From Podarcis liolepis (lineage: Eukaryota): 64,000 nt of DNA. Of the stretch, positions 14,331 through 28,053 are shown one piece after another (within the stretch, counting starts at the first letter, position 1; each line of letters begins with the position of its first letter). The notes below the pieces were generated by a model. It made no database searches, had not been told where the DNA came from, and saw only the letters and a program-made list of their open reading frames with translations. The DNA is taken from the NCBI GenBank assembly GCA_965112155.1, contig OZ218099.1; one strand, 5' to 3'. A program made the position numbers and the translations under genes.

Positions 14331-15583
14331 CTGAAGACAAAGGACATATGTGAGTGAGGGCATATCTAGGTTAAAACAAATTGATTCATAGCTGTTTAAT
14401 CTACTTTGGCCCTTGCCCACTCCACCACATTGTAACAAGTTTTCACTATGAAGTTTCAACATTTTAAAGTTTCAACTTTGCCAATAAACTCTTGCAATAA
14501 TGTACCAGTAATTGTTCAAGAGAGAAATATTATCTTTAAAGAAAGAAGAAAGAGAGAAAGAAAGAAAAGACTACAAACAAATTTACAAACTTGTCACACT
14601 TCTGAAAAACCTAGGGGACTTCATAAAGACTTAAATGGTTTTCTCCAAATGTGAGATCAAAATCTATTATCTTTATCCCAATATTTCCATAGTGCTTCTA
14701 TATTCACTTTAATCATATAAACAAAGGATTCTTTGAAGCCAGAACATCTCTTTTAAAGCTTAAAGCACACACAAATATTTTTGCCAGACCTGAAACTTAG
14801 CTTCCACAATACTAACATAGCAAGTTCATGAAGTGTTGATATAATTTGAAGCACATTTTTGCATAAACAACTCAGCATAAAGGTCCAAACACCTATGGAT
14901 GGATATTCTCATATTGAGTACAGAAAATATTGTCCTGAGGAAAGTTTTTGAGAATTTTATATTACGTATAGGCTGGTTAATATTAAAAAAACACCTTTCC
15001 TCTCATTTCAACCCTGCTGGCAGTGAAAATCCTGAAGGATCCCCCAAACTAACGTACATCCCTTTCTCCCTGCAGAACAAAACTTGGAAAATACCCCAAC
15101 TCACTGAGATCTACCAAGCCCCAATGTTATCTGCCTTTAGGCACCTGTTTAAATTAAGACTAAGAAGGCCTTTGGATGAATAATCTTTCTAGAATGGGTA
15201 TAACTATGGTGCTTTGTTTTGGTTTTACATTTTTCAGCTTTCTAGACTTTTCAGGTCCTATCTTAACTATTTTTATTTTGACAGTGGTTTACTGCATTTT
15301 GTGGTTTTGTTTTTACGTTATTGGATATTTTATTATATATGTGTGTGTGTGTGCACGCGCGCACCCTTTTAATAGCCACAATTGAAACCTCCCCATTTAG
15401 TGCAGGGAGGAAAAGTAGTTTTGCTTTTTTTAACCTCATCTCCCTGTCCTAATACCTACTTTGTAGATATTACAAGCTGTTGTTGGGGGCTCAAGCAGGC
15501 TCATTCTACTTCCTCATATTCCTTTGCTCCCAAATGATACTCTTAACATTCTGTAGCTTAGATGCTGTCAGGATCCTTTAGGC

Positions 15584-15719
15584 CAGGCATAGGCAAACTC
15601 GGCCCTCCAGATGTTTTGAGACTACAATTCCCATCATCCCTGACCACTGGTCCTGTTAGCTAGGGATGATGGGATTTGTAGTCCCAAAACATCAGGAGGG
15701 CTGAGTTTGCCTATGCCTG
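15584..15719. mobile_element. hAT hairpin MITE
   Basis: Nearly palindromic 136-bp element. TSD CTTTAGGC/CTTTGGGC. Confidence 0.9.
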
Positions 15720-17222
15720 CTTTGGGCTCTGGATGGCACTAAGTTAAGCTGTTTGTTGTGCAGGTTTTTTTTTAAAAAAAACATTTAATTTACAAATGAA
15801 TGCACTTTCACATACCTGGGGTGTGCCTCTAGTATGCAGTCCACTACCTTATTTTTTTTGAATATTTCCCTTCCAAAATGATAGGCATGGGACCATTTGG
15901 CTTTAGTATTGAGAGGGTACGATGACGATAATTGCAGTGTGAACACTAATTGTGAAAAGTCAATCCAGTGCTTAGAATTTATTCTAGCCAAGGTACTCTG
16001 GCTTCTTATTTCATAACATTTGTTCTGCAGTATCTACCTACAACAATATAGGGAAGAACTGCTGCTTTGTCCTAATGACTTTTTGTGTGTATGTGGTGTT
16101 GGTGGAGATAACATTGATACTATTTGTCTAAGCAGCTGTATGCAGAAGCAGCACATCTCTGGATTTGTGGAATCTGATACATGTTTACTCAGAATGCCCA
16201 CCGACTTCAGTGGGAATTGTAGGTAAGTAGACACTGGATTGCAGCCTACACCAACAGAGACCCAGGTGTACATCACACAATCAAAGTACTGCATGCATTG
16301 CCACGGAAATAAGGTTGCATAGAAACTCTTTTTAATATAACTGCTCTTCTCCAGTGATGTCAAAAATTCCATGTTCGATCAGGGCTGCATCAATATTTTA
16401 TTTTCTTTGTTAGTCTGATGAAAGCTGTGGAAATCGTCCTTGGAATGACAGCTTTCAAAACTTCATAAAAATATAATTTGTAGGAAGATAAATAATGCAG
16501 AACCTCAGACCTTCAGAATCATCCCAACACTTCTCCCTTTCCCAAAACCTAATATTTTGGATATCTCTCTAACTGATATCTGTTCAGCTGGTGCTTGGAC
16601 ATGAGTGGCTTAGCAGGTTTCAGTTACTGCCTTGATTTCAGTTACTGTCTGGTTTTTGTCTCTGTTTTTTTCATTTTGTTAAATGCAAACCATGCCTAGG
16701 TGATTATGACACTGAAAACGTTGCCTTCCAGATGCAGTTTGGCTCCAATTCCCATCAGAGGCGGTTTTGTGGTACCGCTGGGCACTGCCCTGCAGGAGGC
16801 ACCAAAACAATGCTGTGGAACAGAGTGTGAGAGGCACATGGGGGCATTGAATTTTAGCATAACACAGGGTGCCACTGAAATTTAAGAGTCCAAAGTTCGC
16901 CACTGCTCCCATTAACCTCATGATCAGGGATCCTGCAAGTTGTATTCCAATAACATCTGGAGGGCAGCATGTCACCTACAGTGCCTTACAGTGTCACCTT
17001 CTTCATGTGTCAGTTCCCTTAAATGTACTGCATGTGGCAGCTTGGGTTGATAGCAGTCATTAGGCCTAAGGGACAGATAGGAAACCTGCAGTCATCTTGT
17101 TGTTGGGCTACCCGGCTGACGGGGATGTGCATGTAGTAGTAACAACAGGAGCAAGGTTTCTTAGCTGATTCTTCTAAAACTGCATCCACACATGACCCCT
17201 AATAACTAGTAAAATTGGCATT

Positions 17223-17576
17223 AGGTAAAGGTAAAGGGACCCCTGACCATTAGGTCCAGTCATGGCCGACTCTGGGGTTACGGTGCTCATCTCGCTTTAT
17301 TGGCTGATGGAGCCGGCGTACAGCTTCCGGGTCATGTGGCCAGCATGACTAAGCCGCTTCTGGCGAACCAGAGCAGCGCACGGAAATGCCTTTTACCTTC
17401 CCGCCGGAGCAGTACCTATTTATCTACTTGCACTTTTATGTGCTTTCGAACTGCTAGGTGGGCAGGAGCAGGGACCGAGCAACAGAAGCTCACCCTGTCA
17501 TGGGGATTCAAACTGACGACCTTCCGATTGCCAAGTCCTAGGCTCTGTGGTTTAACCCACAGCGCCACCCAGGTCC
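17223..17576 (-). mobile_element. Sauria SINE
   Basis: AGGTAAAGGTAAAGG tail (ACCTTT repeats on minus strand), family core, and tRNA-derived head ...ACCCACAGCGCCACC. Confidence 0.92.
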
Positions 17577-17888
17577 ATTATGCCATCCCTTATTTCCTAT
17601 TTTTATTTGTGCTTTCCCCACCTGTCTCTAAATAGCATCCTTCTCCTTCTCATCTCTAGCACTTTGGGGAACAAATTTCAAAACAATTTCGGAACTGCCT
17701 GGCTGGTTTCTTCCTATCCCTTTGTCACCCCACAGGAAACCCTTGAGACTTTCTTCTAGCCCTCTTGCAACCGGGATGTCAATATTTGTTTGTGGTCTTA
17801 GTTAAGCATCTGCCTTGGTATCAAGCCCCACAGGAATTTACAGTGTGTAAGTAATGATAAACAAACATGCACCTTAACCAATCTGTAC

Positions 17889-18053
17889 CTTGCTGCAGGG
17901 AGCGATCCAATATGCTATGGCAAGGAATGGAAGGCCGATGGAGACTCCGAAAACAGCCAAGAATTTCACAGCAATGGACTGCTGGCGTAAGCCTGAGAGG
18001 TTTTCATACCACATGGTGAGCAACTGCTGCTGACAGTTCGGATGGGCAACAAA
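17889..18053 (-). CDS. TRPC7: TRPC7 coding exon (approx. exon 4): pre-S1 elbow
   Basis: 165 bp, phase 0-0. AG at 18055-18054, GT at 17888-17887. [55 protein letters not shown], which I recognise as the TRPC7 version rather than TRPC3 or TRPC6. Confidence 0.97.
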
Positions 18054-20027
18054 CTGCAAGAGGAAAAATGAATGTAAGCATTGCCTGAAGAATATAAGAG
18101 CTGATCAAGAAAATAGCATGAGTCCCCTGACCACAGGGGTGATGAAGCTGTAAATGTACAGAGAAACAGAGCCCCTTTTAAACATTCAAAGCTTGTAGCA
18201 ATGGCAGAGAACAAATCCCTGGAAAACAGAGAGATTAGGCCCATTCATGCAACACTCATCATCTATGTCTTATCAGACAAAACATTGCTTGTTCCAAAAG
18301 TTTAAATCTAAGGTACTTCCAGACAGGAATTTATTGTGGAACAGTATTCCTCATCCATGCAAGTTTTTTTGCAGCATCCACATAGCACTGTTAGCAACAA
18401 ATTGCTAGTCACCTTCACCCCCCATTTTAAGTCTGATAAACTCTTTTTGCAGAAAATCCAATGAGTTCTTTAAAAAAACAAATCTGTTGTCAATAATCCA
18501 TTTGGAACATATGCAACATCTACACTGACTTGAAAGCACACCCATTATCTCTGCAGATTCGTCTCTTATATCCAACAGTGATCAGTATCAATAGCAACAG
18601 TTTAAGTTGCCATCTCAGGATATATTCACCGTTCAAAAACCCACAGTCTAAAAAAAACACAAGTACTAAAGTATTCCCATTATGACTGTATTCTCAGCTG
18701 CAATCCTGCTGTGTTCAGCTTTCAAAACACACTAAAACATCTCTTGTAGTGCTTCGCTGAAGAAGTCTGGTGTGAATGCTAATGTTAAGGAAGTTATCTT
18801 AGAAAGCTTTGTAGAGAAGCATCTAGACTAATGGCCATCACTCCATATTGCTGTAGTAAAAATCAGAAATTTCATTACTTATGAATGCCTTTCCTTTTTT
18901 GTTTCCTGAATCCACTTTCAATGTTATTGATGGCTCCATAGTCTAGTGTGATAAGAGATGCACTTTCTGCATCTGGCATCTTCATAATATACTTTTCAGG
19001 GCAAGCTGAATACAAGTCTCTTTACCCACCATATTTTTGTGATTTTAAGTCACTCTAAGTTGTAACCCATGCTGGGAGCTCAGGGTTATAGACAGGTAAT
19101 AAATTAAAACCCTACTACTACTGCTCCTGCTCCTCCTCTTAATTTCTACCAGTAATCAACTCAAAAGAGCAGCATAGCCTGTAAGCAGAGAATGCACAGA
19201 TTCATTCCCATGGAAGTCCCAAAACTGCTCATAAATTTTGCTAATAGATCTGCAGGATATGAACAGAATTTGAAGGGCTGGAAGGTGTCTAGAGTCCTGC
19301 CTTGCTATGGTTACTACTGGCATGCCTAGAACCTTGTCCTTTTGTGACCACTTCCGGGGCTTACAATAAGGAGGACTTGGAGAATATCTAGTAAAAGATG
19401 GACAGAGGTCTATTGTTTTTATTCTGAGCTCATATTGCTGCCTTCTAAGAAGCTTGTGAAAGTCTACAATGCTGTGGTAGAAAGAACATTGCATCCTTGT
19501 CTGAACATAATCATCATCATTTTATTTGTATGCCGCCTCTCCACAGTTAAAACAATGCTCAAGGTGGCTTGCAATATGAAAAGATTTACCTAATTGCAAA
19601 TACAGCAAAGTAGTCAGAAAAATAAATAAAACACATTAAAAACTACATAACCAAACTGAACAATTTCCGCATAAAAATAAAGCTACAAAAAGTTAATATC
19701 AGTGATATCAGCAACAACAGCAAAAACTCCCAACAAAACTTTTCCCGAAATACCCCAGTCCTTGCTGGACAGCAGTCACAGCAGTCCTTATGAGGCCTGT
19801 CAGGCCCCACCCTGGGCCAGGTGGAGAGGGGCAGGAATGGGGCCCTCGTTGACACAAATACACAATTACATTGGTGGCACTTGAAATCAAATTATAAGAG
19901 GCAGCTCCAATTTAGTGAGACATTCACAGAAAGCAGTTCATCATGCGTGTTGCACCTCTGGTTTCACTATGCCATTTGCACCAGTTTGTGGTGAAACTGG
20001 TATATCCAGCAGGTTATGAAGCAAATA

Positions 20028-20534
20028 CAGTGGTACCTTGGTTCTCAAGCTTAAACCGTTCTGGAAGTCCGTTCCAAAACCAAAGCATTCCAAAACCAAG
20101 GCATGCTTTCCCATAGAAACTAATGCAAAATGGAACGATCTATTCCAGACTTTTAAAAACAACCCCTAAAACAGCAATTTAACATGAATTTTACTATCTA
20201 ACCAGATCATTGATCCATAAAATGAAAGCAATAAACAATGTACTGCAGTCACACAATCAATCAATCAATCAATCAGTAGCTGAACTGGGTTCCACACAGC
20301 CACAAAAACAAAATAAAAAAGAGCTGCAAAAGCAAAAACGCAAAAAAGAGAGCAATAACAGACAGATCTCAGCGTAACACTCAAAACGGAAGTGCGGCAC
20401 TCAAAACGGAAGCGTAACACTCAAAATTCGGCTTCCGAGAAGTTCGCAAAATGGAACACTTAACTTCTGGGTTTGCAGTGTTTGGGTTCCAAGTAGTTTG
20501 AGTACCAAGGCTTTTGAGAACCAAGGTACCACTG
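20028..20534. mobile_element. Tc1/mariner non-autonomous element, 507 bp
   Basis: Perfect 21-bp TIR CAGTGGTACCTTGGTTCTCAA, TA TSD, and internal CACTCAAAACGGAAG repeats. Confidence 0.9.
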
Positions 20535-23500
20535 TAATCAGAATTGAATGGGAGCAGTCTACATACTCCCTCCTACATCCACCAGCACCTATTTTTTGCA
20601 GGCATGTAAAATATATACCCCTTATTTCCCACACAGAATATAATAGTTGCTGTGTACTTGCAGCTCTGTCTACTCTTTGGGTTCCTATGGCAGTATATAT
20701 TCTTTGGATTATGTTTTTCTTCCCAACACATAGGTTGGGTGGGACAAGAGTTAGGGGACAAATGAGAGCAGAGTGGGAGACTTGAAACCACAGGTGACCA
20801 GGCCTTGGCATTGGTCCCTAGTATCTCTTTGTCTAATATTTTCATTGGAACTTCAGAGTATGGTGCTGATGTCAGCGTGCACATAACTGTACCCCTTTTG
20901 TCCCCCACCATATTTTCATTTTCTTTGCTGGAAGAAAAACCATCATAAAAAACCTCTGCGTGCTTTTCATTTTTCTTGTAGGCACAATGCAGACAATTAA
21001 ATCAGCTTTTAATCAAACCAATGCCAAAGGCAGTTAGAGTCCAAAATGTTTTGAACAAAGCAAACGAACTGCTTATTAGTTTAAATGTTAAAACTCCTCC
21101 TAGAGGGATATGACATCTCACATTTAGGAATCATTAAATATTGTCTAATTTGAGCTGCGAAAGCAAGCTGAGGGTGTATATCTACAGCTGGAGAACTGTG
21201 AATGTCATTAAAACAGAGCATGACATATATAACAATATAGAACAATGCAACAGAATAGTTATTATGTAATAGGGTTGAAAGAGATTACTTAATCTTAAGT
21301 AGCCAGGGCAAACTGTCTAGCAGCATAAGGCTGGTGACTAGCTAACAATCAGTTGGGCTAGTGCTTTCCCACAGGAATTGGACCACATTTGGTCCAGTGG
21401 AAATGATTATTGAAATATTTGTTGATTTTTTTTAGTGCTGTTATTTATTGATTACCTGGTATTCCTTTGCTGGAAGCTGGAATCTAAATGAGTGTCTTAT
21501 TTAATCAAGGAAGGAAATACAAGATTTCCAGCTAGGTTGTAGGGGTTGGAGGGTACCCGCAGTGAAGACTCAACAGGTAAGTGTGGTGCTTAACCCTGTC
21601 CTTGCCGGCTGATTCTGTCTGCAAATCTGACTCTGCAAATCACCTCTCTTTTAGACTCCATATCTGGCTGGCAGTGAGCCTAGGTCACCATCATCTTTGT
21701 TAATGTTTTAAATTATGGGGTTTTCCCTCAAAAAGAAAGCCCAGGCTAACTAATCGCATCATACAAACACAATATTATGAAAAATACAAACAATTAATAA
21801 AAATGCTGCAATCAGCTAACAGAGCTGCATAGTCAATGCACAGGAAAAAATAGTTCTATACCAAATTCACAAAGATTAAATCAATAAGCAAGGGATCTCT
21901 TTCTCTCTCTCTCTCCCACACCCACCCACCCCATTTATATGACTCCACCAGTCAATGTTGTTAATGGGGACAAGTCCACCCTAAATACTAGCAGAATGCA
22001 GGAGAAGAATCAGGCACACCCTAATTAATGCAACGGTAGCAAAAAATAATGAGAGCCACCATGGCAAAAAACAACAACACCATTTTCATGTAAAACCTGT
22101 CCACCCATCACAGGTCAATAGAGAGGCACTGCTCTCTGCTACTCTTATTCTAACAGAGAACCTTCTGGAGGCAATTGCCTCCAGTGGTTGTTGTAACCAC
22201 CAATGAAACATTTCAGTCTGTCTCTGCCACTCATGGGGCTTGATGCTCCAGGTAAGTTTACTCAAATGTCACTTAACTGGAAAAACACTCCCTGCTCTTC
22301 AGTGAATGCGGGGCAAGGCAGAAATGGCCTTGAGGGCCAGCATTTCCCCCAGTGCTCCCCAAAAGGTTTGCTCCCTGATCTTGTTACCTCTGCAAATGGA
22401 ACCACAATTTTGCCCTGATAATGTCAAGTTCTCCCCTCATAACACCAAGCCATTAAGCTGTTCACAGATTCTGTCAGAAATAAATGACAGCTCACTTGTC
22501 CAGTGATATGCATAACATATGAGATACATGAGCCCAGGGGATATAATTTTTGCTGACATTCAGAAGGTATATACTTCTTAATTCTTTCTTCCATAAAGTT
22601 GGGATCATGCTTCAATCTAGCTGAACACAAATGAAATTGCCTGGTATCAAAGCATGGTTTCCTAATGACATATCCACCACAGCTTCGCAAAGGAGTTTTT
22701 ATTAGAAGAGATAAAGCTTCTTCCTTTTACATATTTTACCCCAGAGTGACTCCATCTCTGCACAACATATAATGTGACTGACTGCTAATAATCTTTCGAC
22801 ATGATTAAAGATAAAGATAATGAAAAGGAGAGATAAAGAAAATGTTATTATCATAGTTTATTGCATTTTGTGAGAAAGCAAAAGGAGATTAAGGCTCTTC
22901 AAGAGGAATTCTTTTTTTAAAAGGAAAAAGTATTCAGAGACACAAGCCCCAGGGATAGTATGACACATCTCTATATAAATGATATCTCAGGGGGAGAAAA
23001 AGACACTGAACACCAGAGAACAACAGCAAATATAACTTGTGAATTTATTGCAGCCGGCTATAAGTAGTACATTGGTAGAAAAATAAAATAGTAGCATTTA
23101 TGGTGTGAGGTTTCAAATGATTATAGACTCTTGTGGGTATATGATTGAGTTCCATAAAAATCAATAGAGTTTTAGGCACTGATTTCAAAGGAATGATTAT
23201 CTCTGAACCTGGACATAACTGTGACTGTCTGATAAAGGTAGCATCCAGATGACAGACTCACCGACAGCTGATGGAGCAGCAGAATATTAAGCTGGAAGGG
23301 ACATCAAGGAAGAGACAAACTACCTGCGCTGGAATATGGCCAGTGTGGGCTGCATTTGGGCCTTCAAATGTTCCTGAATTAATAGTAATAATAACAATGA
23401 ACTATTTTTCCTCCCCAAAAGTGAAACTGAAAGTGACTTATAAAATGAACATTAAAAACAAGTGGAGCACATTTGAATTTATTTATTTTTATGTCAAGTA

Positions 23501-26500
23501 TCTCTCTCTCTCCACCCCCCCTTCTTAATTTGCCTCCCATCAATGGTGGTGATCAGGGTGAATTAACTATGCCAGCTTCAGGATTGGGGGAAGTTCTGCA
23601 GCTGGGCTGGGGTGTGTTGGGTATGGATAAATGATAAATTCAATTCTGTTTGCACTTAGGTAGGTGATCCTACCTAATGCATACTTTCTGAAACAATTTG
23701 TGAACCAAAATGCTGCCCTCCTTTGAAATTCATACTTCTCCAAATTCTGCAATGTACTTCTCCAGCCAAGTAATGTGTACACAAATACATAGACCAGGGC
23801 ATTGTGTTAAACCCCCTCCCCCCACATATTACTGAAAACAACACACAAAAATGCATTATAGCTGGGAAAATTGCTTTGCAAAAATGTGTGTATTAGGTGA
23901 AATGGCATCTAAAAATGTGTAAATTGGGAGAAATTTGCATCCAAATGCTGATAAATTTTCATGACGGCTTTTTAAAAACAACAAAACAAAGCTGCAAACT
24001 GATGTTGAAAAGTTTGGGAGAATGAAAAACCAGGAGAAATTGAAACTGAGAGCTTTTCTCTGACAAATGTGAAAGCCTTTTGATTTTGTGGATTGAAACC
24101 TCCTCCCATCTGCCTGAAACTCATTCATCCCAATAAATCCTTCTTCCCTTCCCTGCTGCTAGAGCACTGAGAGCAGAGGACCAAAAAGAAATGTGGCCAA
24201 ACCCAGGCAAGCAGGTACCTATTATTAACTGACATGAATGGTAAGCATACCAACAACTGCAGTGAATCACAGTAGAATAGGCACATCTATTTATAGTTGC
24301 AGGGCTTCATTAAATTGGAGGCCCCTAGTCATTGCTAACTGAATTTGAGAGTACAAGCTATTCTCAACATGCTGCATGTTCCAATAATTATTGTAATAGA
24401 AAAATAATTGATTGCATTTGGCAGCAAGGTACTCTAAGACTGGTTCTGTTATAATTCATCATATATTTTAATCTACTTCAACACCAGTAGTATGTAGGAA
24501 CAGCTAAAGCAAAAACAACTATGAAATGGAAAGTGAGAAGGGATTTTTGTCCTATCTATGTTTATTAAAATTCATGGAAACATATTTTCTTCACAAAACA
24601 AGTTTGCTAGACTGGAATAAAATTAGAAGGGACTGAAAAGTTTAACAAATTTAGGCTCTGGCAGTCAACCCCTTTCCCCATTGTTTTCTCCTTTTTAAAG
24701 AATGAGTCAGTAACCTGTTGCAAAACTGAGCAGTATTAACTATAGGGTCTTCAAATAATTACTTTATTTAGCTATTTCCCTTTCCTAGAAACTGACATCA
24801 TGAAAATGTGAAAAGAGGCTGTTAATGGCTTATTTAGAATGCAAGCATACAAAGGAACACTATAAGGAAAACATCAAAATGAAAGTCTTCATCTTATGGT
24901 GAAGACCTTGTTGCAAAAAGAAAGGAAGGAAGTCAACCACTTTGGCTACAATCCTATGCACATGCACCATAACTATGAGCAAGCAGCATTTTATTGTACA
25001 AAGCTGTCATGGTTGAAAACTGCAGACTGTATGCTGTAGAGAATAGGGTTAAATATGGTTGGCCTTGCTTTGGCACATCAAGAAAGAGAGCACATTTCTC
25101 ATCTTCCTTTCTCTCTGCAGGCATAGTGCACCAGCAGGTTATGTCAAAAGTGTTCCACAACTTTAAGCCACCATCTCACACAGACTTGTTTGCTTTTTGC
25201 TCCCTGTTGTCCAGCTTCTGAATACCGGATGTTTTTCTTGTCTTTGTAGCCCCCACACAGCCTGAGCCCATTATTTATCCCTTTCATAGAAGATGGCAAA
25301 TTTTGCATGCTTGGAGTTGTCAGTCTGTTTTAATTCATAACCTTCACAAGCAAATATAAACAAAAGTTTCCTCTAGGTTTATAAGAGCTTTTGAATTTTA
25401 AGAGAAACTGATAGGTGCTAGCATCAAGAAAAGGATCTGTGCACAAACATTGGACAATGCCACAGTTGGCCTCACCTTAAGAATGTTAACCACAGTTCAT
25501 CAGTTCAGTGGGTTACTTTTCTTGTCTTTGCCCCCACTCAGTGAAGCACGACCCCAGTGAGATCCAACGATTGGCCAGTTTCATTTTTAGTCAATAAAAC
25601 AGCAAGCGAACAAAGTTCAAAATGCTGCAGCTGAGCTCTGAACTTCATTTTTGTATGACTTCATTTTACTGACTGACTAGCAATGCCTTGCCCTTACATA
25701 ACATGGAGGGCATGGCGAAGGCATTCCAGGAGGTTCAAGGAAAATGCTGTTCTGAGAAAGTCTGGAAGGTTCCGTGAGGTTTTACCAAGTTCCAGAACAT
25801 TCTTGGAGGCTAGTGAAAAATGAACCCACATACTTTCCTGAAGCATTCTACTTCATTCTGTTTTCCCTTTTATGGCAAAAATGAACAATGTGATACAATT
25901 CTTAAAATGTTTACATGTATATAAAATGCAATTTATTTTATTTTTAATTGCATTGTTTGCTACTTTGTTGTTTGCCATCCTAAGGTCCCTTGAGAGGAAA
26001 GGTGGGGCATTTTACAAACAGACAAATAAATGAATGAATTGATATCACAATCACCCACACTCATATACACTACCTGTTGAACAGGCAGAAATGTTTTACA
26101 TTTTTGCATTATACCCTCCTCCTGCTGAATATTCACACCAGTGTGACCATCCAGTTTAGTGTTGTTAGCAAAAGAAATGAGGATGAATAACTTGAGTGGC
26201 ACTGCTATGGAGTGCTCTCTCTCCACTTTCAAAGTTTTGGGGTGCTAGGTGAAGCCCCTTGTGTTCTCCCCAGCTTTTAAGATTCCATGGTTTTACTTCT
26301 TAAAAGATTACTTTTTGTCTTCTGCTTGCTGGTTCTTAGTGTTGTTTACTGATTTTTTGTTGGCATATGGCTTTATGCTACTTTTCATTAATTTTGTGTT
26401 GACATTGCTTTTATAAATTGTTTTGGGGGCTATGGACCAAGATATTAATATACAAATTGCTTAGAGAAAGTCAGAAATGCTTACAGAAATAAAGCAATAG

Positions 26501-27818
26501 CTGAGAGGGTAGTCCATGACAGGGTTGTGGTTCTCCAAATATACACAGTGCCTCAGATATTTGCCTGGTTTGCCCATCTTTATGTTTGACCCTGAGTTAG
26601 GTAAATATACAAGATCTGGAATCTCACCCTCCATTAACTCTTAATGCCAGAATGTTTCCCTTCTGTTTTTTGCATTCACATTAATTTAGCATCACAGTAT
26701 GAAAAGAACATACTCTAAAGGGTTTGCTGCTCCTGGAGAAATATATGTAGACTAAATTGGGAGCAGCCCAGGTCACACACTCCGCAAGAGCCACTAATTG
26801 GTTTCATTAATCCTTTTAACTTTAGTAATCAATTTTTTTATCTGTGGTCTGTCTAGGTTGCCATTTTATTTCAATAGCTTTCTCTCTTCCCTATAAGGCA
26901 TGGAACCCTTGTATGGGCAGTGAGCAAAAAGGAAGCTTAAGAATTCAAATAAAATGAATCACATGTGAATAACATGCTAAATGAGATACCCATGCCAGTA
27001 AGGATGATTGTGATGATTTATGTCGACTCTGAAAAGATAGGTATCTAGGCAAGAAAGCACAAAGGGTGCATAGTTATGCAAGCAAATTACAATACAGTTG
27101 TATTGAAAGTTGAAAAGTTTTAACTGTGCGGCAGTTACTTAAATGAGCTGGTATTAGGGCCGGATCACATGAACCCCGAGATCTTGGAACAGGATCAACT
27201 AAGGCTCAGAGCAATGCCAAAATTCAGCACCTTTCATGCTCCATTCTAAATAATAGTTGCAGTGCCCCTGCTGGCACCCGAGGCTCTGCACTCAATGCGA
27301 CTGAACTCCTAAACCTGCCTCTGTTGGGTCCTTGTTCTGTGAAGAAAATGAGAGGAACGGACTTCTGCACTTTGTAGCATCTGAACTTTGCCTGCCAATT
27401 GGAGCCTAAACAGAAGGGTGTGGGCATTTGTTCCCAAATTACTCATTTTTGCCCTTTTCTCATTATTTATGTATTGGGTCAGATGCTAGCCAAGATGGCT
27501 GTGTACAACATCCAGTATCGAAGGCAGTATGCCTCAGAATATCAGTTTCTGGGGTCATGAGTGGGGAGAATGCTGTTGTATTCATGACACGCTTGTGGGC
27601 TTCCTATAGGCATTTTGCTGGCCCCTCTGAGAGCAGAATGGTACATAAGAAGATGTTACTGCTATTTATTAGTTGATGTTTTTCTAATGTCTTCTGTTTA
27701 TCTTTACAAGATACCTGAATTTGCTTCCTTCAGCTTATTTACCCTCCTGGCTGCAGCTATTCTGTTTCACAGAGAACTGATTTCTTTTTGTATGTCTGGC
27801 CTCTCCTTGGCCACTGTA

Positions 27819-28053
27819 CAGTGGTACCTCGGGTTACATACGCTTCAGGTTACAGACGCTTCAGGTTACAGACTCCGCTAACCCAGAAACAGTACCTCGG
27901 GTTAAGAACTTTGCTTCAGGATGAGAACAGAATTCGTGCTCCAGTGGTGCAGCCCCAGCGGGAGGCCCCATTAGCTAAAGTGGTGCTTCAGGTTAAGAAT
28001 AGTTTCAGGTTAAGAACGGACCTCCGGAACGAATTAAGCCTGAGGTACCACTG
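27819..28053. mobile_element. Tc1/mariner (Tigger-like) MITE, opposite orientation
   Basis: TA-CAGTGGTACCTC...GAGGTACCACTG-TA, with internal CAGGTTA repeats. Confidence 0.9.

Noticed and set aside
16412-16470. CTGATGA followed by the stem AAGCTGT...ACAGCTT, hammerhead-like
   Set aside because: No GAAA directly after the stem (TCAAAAC instead) and no stem I pairing. Chance or too decayed to support.
20370-20430. Short direct repeats with spacers, superficially CRISPR-like
   Set aside because: Subterminal repeats inside a mariner element in a vertebrate intron, with no cas genes.
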